A DNA stretch of 64,000 bases from the human T2T-CHM13v2.0 reference genome, Homo sapiens: NCBI RefSeq assembly GCF_009914755.1, contig NC_060927.1, one strand, 5' to 3'. The notes beneath the pieces were generated by a model, which had not been told where the DNA came from, searched no databases, and saw only the letters and a program-made list of their open reading frames with translations. Shown in pieces: positions 1-11,434 of the stretch; the first letter of the stretch is position 1; each line of letters begins with the position of its first letter. The position numbers were made by a program, and so were the translations under genes.

Positions 1-2194
1 TACAAGAAGGGCTGGCCCGGAGCCCAGAAGGTCACGGGTAAACTCCTGCACAGGAGCCTGCGGCTGTGCCTATAGCTCCAATACCACTTGTTGCCTACCT
101 GAATGCAGCTGGGAGAAGGCACAGGCTGGAGACTTAGAGAACATGTGAACGGGAAGGGAACAGAGAGACAACCTAGGCTTTACAGATCGGGAAACTGAGG
201 CCCGGGGTCACAGAGAGTTGGTTCTAACAGGCAGCTGACTGTAAGGCAAGCCCTAGGCATCCAGACTCAGTCCCTGCCACTTTTTAACTGCACATGATTC
301 ACCAGGTCACTTTTCTGAGCCTCAGTTTCCTTGTCTCTGATGTGGGGAGGATAGGCCTAACCTCCCTCATGGCAGTGGTAGCAGGGATACTGACACTGTG
401 AGTTAATTTCCCAAAGCAGTCATTGTTAAACTCTGATTTCACAGGGTTTAGTCTTGAAGGGCAAAGTCTTCCTTAAATATCTGCCATTAACCTGCAGGGT
501 AGAATGAGAGGGGGAAAAACAAAAGACGTGAGAATCAAACTAAAGACACAAACAGCCACTCAGAGGCACAGCATGCACTGTCTAATTTGTAGCTGTGCTC
601 TTCTGTAGACCACCTGCCCAGACCCTGTCACAGAGTCCAGTGGATCCTTCTAAATGTGGGTACCAAGTCACATTGAATCTGGGCATTTGTCTGGAATGTA
701 TCATGCCTCACTGCATTTGCCAAGCTATTTGCAGAATCAAGTCATTTCCCCTCCTACAGAAATTACCATAACATTTTAGACTCTTAGAAGATACCTATTA
801 ATTGCTACCTAGTAGTGAGTTATGCATGCAATGCTCTTATTTCTCTATACATTTTTCTGGACTCCTTGAGGGCAAACCTGTCTTGTTCATCCCTGTTTGA
901 ACATAGCACACCATGCCACACAGCAGGACTCAAAAACCTGTGGGTGACTCATGAGAATATCTGTCCAGCTAAGACCACACTGTTTGCATAGGCTTCATTT
1001 TATGCATTATTTTTTAACTTGTAGCATTGATATTTGTGTGTCTGAACTGCCTCCCCAAGTTCAGACACAGAATAGTTCACGGCTAAAGGTGGCAGAGTTC
1101 CATTGTCCTCTGGAAAGTGAAATGATTCTGAGTATTTTTAATATAAGCTGGTTGATAGTTACTGTATGAGGTGAGATGAGGTATATGGAGACTCCTCCTC
1201 CTCACCACAGTCCTGTGTTGCCACTTGGAGGAAGCCTTGTTTTTATTTTCCTTTGCATAGGGGAGTGTGATTATCCTGATTAGAGGTGGAACATGTTCTC
1301 CTTCTTGTCACCCCCTAGTGCCAACTTCCTTGGCCTGCAAAGGGTTTGTTTTCCATTTAGATCCAATTACAGGCTTAGAGAAAGAATGTGGTGGGTAGAG
1401 ATGAAAGGGCAGATATTTTTTATCTCTTGGGACTGCGACAATCAGGAGGAAGATCACCATTTTGTAGGTTAACCAATGCCTTCAACTCAAAATGTGGAGG
1501 GGAGGGAGGAGAGCCGAGAAGCTCCCCTTGCTGAACTGAATGTCACAGAAGTGATTAAGTACTACGTGATATCAGCAACACGCTGAAAAGCTTTTACTGC
1601 ATATTTATTTTTTAAATCTGCAACAGTATGTGGGGGAGGTTTATAACATTTGGCTTCAGGATGCATAATCGCACTTAGACATTTTGAAACAATTTCATAG
1701 ACTCTTAGAGCTACAAAGGGCCTATTTACAAAATGAGAAATGGTTTAAAATGGCATACAGGCTGTTTCCGCTTCCCTACCCCCGAGGGGGCTGGGGCGGG
1801 AATCCCCACCAACTGGAAAGTCATAAAAAGATCTTCAGCAAAGAACATAAAATCTAAAAACTGGAGTAGACTTAAAGGTCATCTAACCAACCCCAGACAG
1901 GCTGGGGAAAGAGACTCACTGGGGGCCACATACATACATTGTGGCAGAGCTTACAAGTTCCCTAACTTCTCTCTTTCTTTCTAAGTAAAATGCTTCCACC
2001 GGCTGCTCTTGAACCATCTTTTTTTTTCTATTAGGAAAGAGAAGGTTTCCTAGCACAGACAGTTCCCTGAGAATGGTGAAATCGCCAACATTTCTTGGTA
2101 ACAAAGGGCCTTGAAGGCCAAATGCCATTTTTCTGGGTGAAACCAATCTCGACTATGGATTTGTTCTTGTTTATTAAGGATGCAAGTTATTAGT

Positions 2195-2410
2195 GCAGGC
2201 TTTGGCTTCAGATCTGGTTTAAGTCCCAGCTCCCCCACTTACTAGCTGTGTGCTCTTGGGCAAGCTAATTAACTTTGAGTCAGTATCCTCACCTCATTTG
2301 AAAGTTGAAGAAACAGTAACAGCATCTACCTCCCAAGATGGCTGTGATAATTAAGTGAGATGATGTACATAAAAGGCTCAGCATATGGGCACTCAGAGTT
2401 AGCCATGGCA
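2195..2410. mobile_element. MIR SINE (one representative; similar remnants near 4980, 6300, 8300, 10130, 24340, 28800, 37700, 40080, 56720, 58930, 62600, 63340)
   Basis: MIR core ccagctcccccacttactagctgtgtgctcttgggcaagctaattaac...ctcatttgaaagttg. Confidence 0.8.
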
Positions 2411-5400
2411 GTCCTTGGTGGTGGCGGTACATTTCAGTGGGTGCATGGATGCGGAAAGGAATTTTCTGGTGAATGAGGACACTTTTATTTATAACTGCCC
2501 CATCTGAAGAGCACCTAACTTTCATTCAGCTGAACCTAAGCCATTGCTCAGCTTTGACAAGCTAAGACAATGACCAAATGCTGTTGCCTTCATTCTCACC
2601 CAACGGATGCAAAATCTGCTTACATGGAACAGTCTTTCCTTCTGAACATGGATTGCCAGTTATTGAGCATTTCACTTTGGAGTTATATAATGTTAGGCCT
2701 CGAAGGGGACTTGGAGTGCCTTACTTTTTAGATAAGGAAACTGAGGCCCAGAGGGATCAAGCTCCTTATCAGAAGTTGCAGAGAAAATGTACTGAAGCCT
2801 ATTAGGCTCTGCAAGAATACAGACCCCTTGACTGTCAAGGAACCATCTGTAGGAATTTAGAAGGGATTAGAAGAAAGAGAGCTAGGAACCTGTTCATAGT
2901 TGACTGTGCAGTCACCAGTGGGCTGGCTCCAGAGGGATCCAATTAGAAATTCTCACCCCTCAACACAATGCCCAAGGGGCATTAAATGATGGTACTTCTA
3001 AGTCCACTGCCAGGTCCACCTGGATGTCTCTCTCCATGCTTCTCTACATCACATCCCTCTTGGCTTTCCTGTCCTTCAGGCTAGGCCTTCCCTCTGTACT
3101 CAGCCCTTCCTGCTTTCACCTCCACTTCCTGCAGTGTGCCAAACTACTGGCACATCACCCGGGTGAGCTGATCCAATGTAAACACAGCTCCTCGTGAATT
3201 GTCGTTGGCTCTCTCAACCTTAAAAACATATTAAACTGTCACTTAAAGACCTTAATAGCCAAGACATTGGAGACATGCCCATAGGTGTATAAGCAACTTT
3301 TTTGCCATAATAGAGCCTTGTTTTTTAAAAACAGAAATTATCCAAGTCCCTTTTAAATGCTTTCTAAAAACAGATGCTGAAACCATTACTTTGTGAATTG
3401 CAGATTTTTGTCCTAAGCTGCAGGTGTGTCTGACTATGTGGAGTTGGGGGCTGACAGTTGACTTTCACCAATGTATCCGCCACTGTGGTAGTGGGAGGCA
3501 GGAAAGAGCTTCATCAGATTATCTTCAGGCTTTAATCTAAGCATCTCAGCTCCAAGGCTAGGAATTTGCTCAGAGCTTACCAACACTCCTACGAGTTGGA
3601 AAGTGGAAAAATGACTTTGGCATTCCCCTCTGAGGATGCTTGGTTTGATCCTCTCTTCATGCAAACTGACCAAAGGTGACAAGGATGAAAAAAGAATAGG
3701 CTGAATTCAGCAAAGGCTGGGGACCAGGAAGGAGGGGCTGCACACAGGCTTTTGTGTGTGTCTTTCCTTCCGCCCTTACGCAGGCCACTTCCCAAGAGGA
3801 AAAGGTAAAGAGTAGAGAAGTAAGGGAATAGTTCCTCTCGCAACTCACTAGAGCTGACAGGGCTCCAGGAGAAGTATTCAATTTGACTTTAGGAAGGCAA
3901 ATCGTCCTCTTTTTAGCTTGCACATTCAAAATAGTTTGTGTCTCATAAAGTGGAGATTTGCCTTGATAAGTAACAGACCTTGAGAGCTCTTATCTCCCAA
4001 CCATTCATCCAACACCATTTAAATCTTTATTTTAAGAACAGATTTCTGGCAGGGGCGTGAGTCATTATAATAACTGCAGGCGTTTACTCACTGGGTGACT
4101 TTGGATAGGTCACCTTTCCTAGGAAGTGGCAGAATTTGGATGAGAACCAGGGTTCCTTCTGCCTCCAGCCCACTGACTTTTCCTTTACACCAGATCATCT
4201 CCCAAATAACAAATGATTATGACAAAATAGGCTTAAAACTTCGTTCCACTGAAAGCGGAATTGTGGAGCAGCTTTTCAGGACATCCAAAATGAAGAGACA
4301 GCTGTTGCTCTTGAAGAGCCTTCGTTTAGAAATATCCTCATATCCCCTACCATTTGATAACAGGAAGAGGATTTGGCCAGCAGCTGCTACTGTCTCACCA
4401 GGTGCAGGGCCACCAGCCACTTTTGCAGGACTCCTTCAAGATCACAACATTTCCTTAAATCCACATGGAACAATTGGTGTGTCCCAAACCATTGTTGGAC
4501 GTTTACATATAGCAATAGCATAGATCTGCAAAAGCTCTAGAAAATGCTCTCTATAAAACTTTTATAGAAAGAGTTACATATGAAGTTGAGTCTCCTGTGT
4601 TCACCAAGGCTCCTTTAGTGGCTGAAACACAAATTTAGTATCTAATCCTGTATATTTGATGCAGAAATTGTGTTTTCACAAAAACAGAAGAGACAAATCA
4701 ATTGTAGTGCTTTGTGAAACTCCCAAATCAACTCCTTGTCTCATATCTGCTCTTCTGTATGAGAAGCAAACCCTTTTACATTTTTTTCTCAGAAAAGAGA
4801 AAGGAGTCTGTTCTTACTTTTATTATCTATTTGGATTCTTGCCTCCCAACAGACTTGTTCTCTGTTAGGACAGGCAAGTTTGGGGCTAGGCAAAAGAGAG
4901 GAAGGAAAGACATCTCTAAGGGTCCGGAGATGATTGACATTTTCCTGTGTGTTAGCTCTTTAGCTTCAAGGACTACCATGCAAAAATATTGGTGTCCTTT
5001 TTTACACATGAGTAAGTTAAGACTAAGAGTTTGAAATGACTTGTCTAAGGTCACATAATGACAGATTAAGAACTCAAACTCAGGCCTCTCTGACTCCAAA
5101 ACTTCAGTTCTTTTCACTCTGCAAGAAACAGAAGGCATTCGTAGAAAGCAGAAATCTGGTGAGGAGGGACTATGATTATTACTGTGACTTTCATACACAG
5201 ATCAATTTCTTCCAGCCCACTGAACTCATTGATAGTCTGGTTCAGAAGCTTCCCAGCATTTGCAAAATGTTGCTAGGCATCTGTATCTCTTTGATATCTC
5301 TTGGTCACCACCAGGAGTATACTGTCACCTACACCAAATCAGAGCCATTTCTCGGGTATAGAATAAAGACTTTCTTGATTTCTCCTGGTTTTCCAGAAGG

Positions 5401-5930
5401 CTAATGGACATCTCCCGGCAGAAGACTAGTAGAGAGACCTTTTAAAGAATAATACATGTTATCCTAATACTCTAAAAATAATTCTAGAGACCTTGTCCCA
5501 GAGCTTTCAGGAAACTCTGCCCTGGGGATAAGGTTGGCCTTGACATGTGCATTTCTACATGTCTAGTCAGCCTGACCCATGGCCTACCCAATAATATATA
5601 AATCATGACCAAGCCAAACATGGCCTGGGTCCCCACCGGGACATGCTTTAAAAGGAAATATAATTGCTAAGGGAGAAGAAACAAAGGCTCCATTTGGCAA
5701 GTAACTCTATTGAAGGACAAAGGAGTGCCAGTGTCCAACTCAAGGTGGCTGTTTCAAATCCACATGCTTTGTGTATAGATTTTGTCTCCTCCTCCTGTTT
5801 AAAAAATATTGAATCCTTTGTAAAATTTATCTCTGGAGACAAAGGCTAATGAGCCATTGTCTAAAAGAGCTGAGCAGAATCTTGTTATCTGCTCATTCAA
5901 CCCCTTCATGTCACAAATGGGACAGGGGGA

Positions 5931-6013
5931 GAAATGGCATATCTGAAATTTACAAAGAAAAAAATGGCACATCTGAAATTTACATAAGAAATGGCATATC
6001 TGAAATTTACAAA
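5931..6013. repeat. Three tandem copies of a 23-bp core AAATGGCA(T/C)ATCTGAAATTTACA with short A-rich linkers
   Basis: Directly visible, period about 27-30 bp. Confidence 0.9.
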
Positions 6014-7739
6014 CTTACATTTACATGAGTGGTGCCACAACCAAGATACATTGACTCACAGCATCTTTTATGAATGAAGGAGAAAAGAGTGTCTGCTGTA
6101 TTCTGTCACTTCCACCCCCAGAGTATCCCAGTTTTGTGTCAACCTCATACCTTGAAACTCAGAAGTTCAGGTGGACATTTTGGCTGTGAACTTAGCTTTG
6201 GCCACAAGGTCCAGAAGCCACTTCGAGGAGCCGTTAAACACACAACATTTGCAAGCACAAAGATCTAGATGTGACCTGCAGCTCTTCAATTTGCCAGGTC
6301 TGCAAACTTCGCCAAGTTACTGATCCTCTCTGGACCTCTGGTTCCTCATTTGAGAAAGATAGCTCACCGTAGTTCTACATTTAAACGATAGTTTAATGAG
6401 GTAAAGTGCATAAAGTGCCTGGATACATAATATACCCTTGATAAACATTTCCTCCTGCTGTTATGGATACCCCCTCTCATCAGCATGATGCAAAAATCCC
6501 ATAGGTTATTAAGTATTGGGATGTGGAAGACCAAATTCAGTTTACCTACATCACATGGGGCTTCTAAGCTCTCAGACTGCAGGACCTTCTCTTTGTAGTT
6601 AAACTTGGACCTAGCCATAAATATACTCAGGCCACATCACATTGCAAAATCATGAGAATAGCCACAATTCGTCTTGGGTGTTTGGTCGCTACCCTTTCCA
6701 TAGCAGCCCTCCCCTGCTCCATTACCGGTCTTTCCCTCCAATGTCTTGCTTATAAGATAGGGCAACAGTCACTCATTTCTTTATATAGCAAATATTTATT
6801 TAGCATCTGTTATGTGCCAGCCACTGTGCTAAGTACTGAATACATGACAATGAATAGGAAAGCTTTGATCCCTGCCAAGTAAACTTGAGTCTGGTAGAAT
6901 TTATTTTTCATAAGGCAGGAGACAGGCCAAATAATGTCAGTGTTCTGTGAGTCTTTGTGTTCCTTGACCTCTCCCCTCCCCAACACACACACATACCTCT
7001 CCTTCCTTTTCCAACCACCCTCAGATTTTCCAGGACACACACCTTCAGAGCCACATCTCAACTCTGGTCATCCCTACAGTGTAACAGTAGAATGAGTGTA
7101 GTAGTCCTCCCAGTTGTCACATTTTAAATAGGGCCTTTGGGAAGAAACCACCAGTGGCACTGAGTGAAAAGGAGGCTGAGGCAAGGGGGACTATTGGCAG
7201 CTCTTAGGTCCCACCAGCAGCCAGTGGTCCCTCAGCCTTCCTACAGCGATACAGTGGTAGACCAGTTGTCTTTGCTCAGCATATGTTTTCAGAGGCAGCT
7301 GAATGTTTGGGTTGTATTTTTCACAGTACTGATGTCAGGGACACCAAAGGGCAGGAGCATAGGGAAAGGGCTCTTGGCTGACTAATGACCTCATAAGAAA
7401 CCTGCCCTTAGAAGAGAGCATCTGTTTGGGCTGTATGACTCAGTGGCGTTTCTAGGTACTGATTCATGAGGCTGACCATCGAGGTGACTGACCCGTGCAA
7501 TCTGCTGGCTGAAAGAGGTGAAGGCAAAGTAGATCCCAGCTCTGCCCTCATCCTGGAGGAGAGCCACCCCTCCTACCACGGCACACGGGTGCTCCCCACC
7601 CCAACCCTGGCTCGGCCAGCCAGTCTCCTTGTTAAGAGGATCTGACACTAATGTGGGCAGAGGTCAGCATCTGGGGGCTTCTTATTTTAGAGGAAGTATA
7701 AGAGAGAGATGTTTTGAAATCTTGTTAGTGAATAGAGGA

Positions 7740-8198
7740 CAGCCTTTTAACCTAGGATCTGTAGATAGAATTGAGGGTGTCAGGGAACTTAAATTAGGAA
7801 AAGTATTGCATTTTTTATCCCTAACCTATAACTGAAATTTAGCATTTCTTTCTACTGTGAATAAAGACAAACGCCCTAGAAGTTTAGCAGCTCCTATGCC
7901 TTTGATACCAATGGAAAGCAGGTATTTTTATATCACATTACAGCTGAGATAGATCCTCATCCTACAATTTATACTCATCCCTGCTCTGAAATGGCCATAA
8001 TTATACCCACTGCTAGATCATATTCATTAACTTAGTAAAGGCACATCTGTTAGTAAGTCACAAATTTGTTTTTATATATTGATACTATCTCAGTAATATT
8101 GGTTTTCTTTGTATTTTTATCTTATGCATTTAAGACATTTCCTAAGAAGAGATATTCTCATGTCAGATAGACAAAGAACCTAAAAATATAAAGACTCT
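7740..8198. mobile_element. hAT-Charlie non-autonomous DNA transposon (Charlie4a-like)
   Basis: Resembles the consensus ...tagaattcagggg...ctaacctctaactgaaatttagcatttc...atatcacattacag...ttatgcatttaa. Confidence 0.7.
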
Positions 8199-10537
8199 TT
8201 CCACATCAAGCTGAGGCATTAGCAGCATTACACGCCACACACACACAAATATACACATCTATGCATAGGTAAACATATATGCACACACATACAGCTGTAG
8301 TGGATTGAGGTCTGAGGCTCTTGGAGTAAACAAACTCAATTCAAATTCCAACTCTGCCACTCATTTCCTATTACCTCGAACAAGTCATATTAGTTCTGAG
8401 CCTTAGTTTCTTCATCAATAAAAGGGGCCTAAAAGTTATTGTACTCACAACAATCATCTAAGTTCTTGGCACAGTACTTGACATATAAGGAATGTGTGTT
8501 AAACACAAGGCATCCTCACCATTAAAAGACCTAATGAAGGTGAAATGGTAAAGAGAATAAACACATTACTTTGTTGAAACTTTTTAAACTCACCTTTGAT
8601 TTGGCCAACTCTAAGAATTTATTTTGTCTAAACCTGTATTACACAAATATTATATGCCAGGGACTGAGGTGGGAAATGAAGAAATAAAAGGAAAGGAATT
8701 TCAAAATCTGATGGTCTCAGAAAAGGAATAGCCTAATCAAATCATCAAAGAATCATAGCAGTGCCTAAAGACCTTGATCGGGGTACATGTGTGGGACTGA
8801 GAGAGATCAGAAGAGGAAATACTTAATCTTACCTGGGGAGGTCAAGAAAGGCATCCCAAAGAGGGGACATTTGAGCTGAGTGTTGAAAGACAAGGATGAA
8901 TGAGCTGTTAGGATCAGGCCATAGTCCAGTTTTATGCCTTCTGAATCTGACACCCATATTCTCCATCCTATTTGATTTCCAACTTGGGGAATATCACCCA
9001 TCTTGGACTGTGGAGAAATACATTCCACTGTATTCATCCAGCCACAAATGCACATCTTTTATCTTCTTATCTGAGAACCTGTTCCTCTTCCTCTCAAGCA
9101 AAACCCACTGGGGTGGCAGGATAGCAAGGCCTGTCAGGCTGCACATAGAAAACTTCTCATGATGGTGACTTGAGGCTCTCCCAAGCCCTGCAATGGAGTT
9201 CCAGCAAACTCCCCCAAGTTGAGTTTGAATTTTTGCAGGAAGATACAGGTCTGTGTTTTGACAGCAGGAAAAAAAGGTAGCCAAAAATATGCAATATATA
9301 TGGAAAGAAAGGAACACACACGTATGTGCACACACATATACGTCCGTGAGATCCAGCACATGGCACATGTGAGCAGAACATGAAAACACCGTTCAGAACA
9401 CCACAGCATGTGTGTGCACCCTGAGCTTCACTCTGAAGCCATTTAATAACAAGAGGAAAAGAAATCTCAAGTAAGACTTTTTGATGTTAGGAAGTGAGGA
9501 AGCAAACCAGCATTCTGAAATATGGGACCTTGGTTAACAAGATCTGGAATCTTGCATCAAAACAATTTCTTTCACACAGTTCTTACTTCAAATATCTGAC
9601 TTGGTCTGAAAATGTGAGTTCCTTCTTGCTGTATTCTAGAGCAGGCGATGCACTGAAATGAAACACATATGGCTTGGATATCTCAGTGCTGCTAGGATGA
9701 TTGTCCTTGATTTTTGTCAGTTGTACATGGTACATTAAACAGAGAAAAATAAAATCCCAGATGATTCCCTGGCAATTATCTGAAAAATAACATTATGGTG
9801 ATCATCCCTGTGTTTACAAGGACATGAAGAAAGGGCAAGGTTTGATGGAAAAGCTTTGTTTCCTCTAATCTGTCCTCCTACACAGCCAACAGACCTCAAT
9901 GGCCCATGGGGAAGATATAACCCTATAATGAGATTCCCAGCTAATTAAAATGGCTGTCATCACCCACCTTCCACATTTCCATGAGCCCAGCCCAGAAATG
10001 GGACCATCACAGGGGAAATCATCCTATATTTATTTGAATAATGTTTGTACTGTGTATTTCAGCAATTAAAATTAACTTTTAAGAGGTAGGAAGAGGCTTA
10101 GGGATTCTCTAGGTCAACTGCCTTCTTTAACAGATGAGGAAACAGACCCAGCAAAGCCAGATGACTTGCTTGAGGTCACAGAGCTAGTTAGTGGGAGAGG
10201 TAGGATTAGAATTCAAGGTACTATGGCCTTTCAAGTTCAGAAAGACTTTTAAAAACTGTGTTGTGTAGAATCACTTCCCCATAAACACAAGATGAGCTGG
10301 GCAGCTAGTTGCTGTCAGAATACCGCTGAGGAACACTCACACCTCCTGAAGATGTCTAATTTTTTTAACTCCTCTGATTATTGGAAAGCTCTTTGTTATT
10401 TTGAGCTAAAATTTCTCTGTATGTAACTTCTCCTTATTGGTTTTCTTTATTTCCTTGGCAGATTCAAGGAGGTAATGGCCATTTTTTTCTGAAGTCCCAG
10501 TCCCAGTTAACCTACTAAGTCCTACATATTGGTCAGG

Positions 10538-10652
10538 ATGAAGGTCAGAGCATCTATATTTTGGGTTTCTTCCTACCTTCAGGGAGACCTGGTGTCAGTT
10601 CTTAGCTGAGTGAGATGGCCAGCACGCATCCCCCAGGGTTTGTCTGGGGATC
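10538..10652 (+). repeat. Left arm of a 115-bp inverted duplication (partner 11223-11337)
   Basis: The reverse complement of 11223-11337 aligns ungapped with 8 mismatches (about 93% identity). Confidence 0.95.
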
Positions 10653-11222
10653 CATCTTGTTACTTGTGCCAGCTCCTCCACCTGGCTAGGATAATTCCCT
10701 CTCCTGTCCTCACTCAGGTGGGGAAGCCCTTCTGTGCCACCAGCTATCCTGTTTCTTGTAAGAGGATTTTTAATGTGGGAAATCATGGCAAGAAAGAGGT
10801 GCCAGGCAGCTTTAAAGCACCAAGAGAAGAACTCCAAACCCATGTCATAAACACTCAAGAAAAATCAGCACTGTTCTACATGCATACATGTAGAACATGA
10901 CTTTCAAAGAAAAAAGGGAGGGATGTATACAAAATCAAAGAAGGCTAAGGAGGCAAAGAAGAAATGATTGATAAATAGAGGTAATATCAAAAACTTTTAA
11001 AAATTATTTGTAAAGTTGTCATCGCTTATTACTATATGGAATGCTAAAACAGTAACAGGGTAATCAAATTTTGCATGCTTGTGTCTTTTCCTCTGGAGGC
11101 AGTACTCAATAAATAACTATGCAGGCTGGCCATTAAAATGAACTTGCTTTCATGAAAAGATACCACTAAGAAAGTGAAAGGCAATCCACAGAAAGAAAAT
11201 ATTTGCAGTATTTATATATACT

Positions 11223-11337
11223 GATCCCCAGACAAACCCTGGGGGATGTCTGCTGGCCATCTCACTCAGCTAAGAGCTGACACCAAGTCTCCCTGAAGGT
11301 GGGAAGAAACCCAAGAAATAGATGCTTTGACCTTCAT
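11223..11337 (-). repeat. Right arm of the 115-bp inverted duplication, interrupting an L1M element
   Basis: See the partner arm. L1-type sequence lies on both sides of this copy. Confidence 0.95.
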
Positions 11338-11349
11338 TTTGAATATTTA

Positions 11350-11434
11350 TGTGTGTGTGTGTGTGTATATATATTTGTGTATATAGATAGATGATTGATA
11401 GATAGATACATACATACATACATACATAGAGAGA
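11350..11434. repeat. Compound microsatellite (TG)n(TA)n(GATA)n(CATA)n
   Basis: Directly visible, immediately next to the inverted insertion. Confidence 0.9.

Noticed and set aside
4095-4523. 142-aa ORF in intron 1
   Set aside because: GTG start, overlaps a MIR remnant, no recognisable domain and no splice context.
4550-4568. Near-perfect palindrome TCTATAAAA-C-TTTTATAGA (TATA-like on both strands)
   Set aside because: Short and AT-rich, probably the internal palindrome of a decayed DNA transposon, with no promoter context.
5931-6013. Repeat-spacer-like pattern resembling a CRISPR array
   Set aside because: The linkers are only 4-7 nt of A-rich sequence, there are three copies, no cas genes are present and the context is a eukaryotic intron. 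It is a simple tandem repeat.
9326-9419. 12-bp inverted repeat (gtgcacacacat/atgtgtgtgcac) suggesting a pre-miRNA hairpin
   Set aside because: The arms are low-complexity CA/TG runs and the 70-nt interior does not pair.
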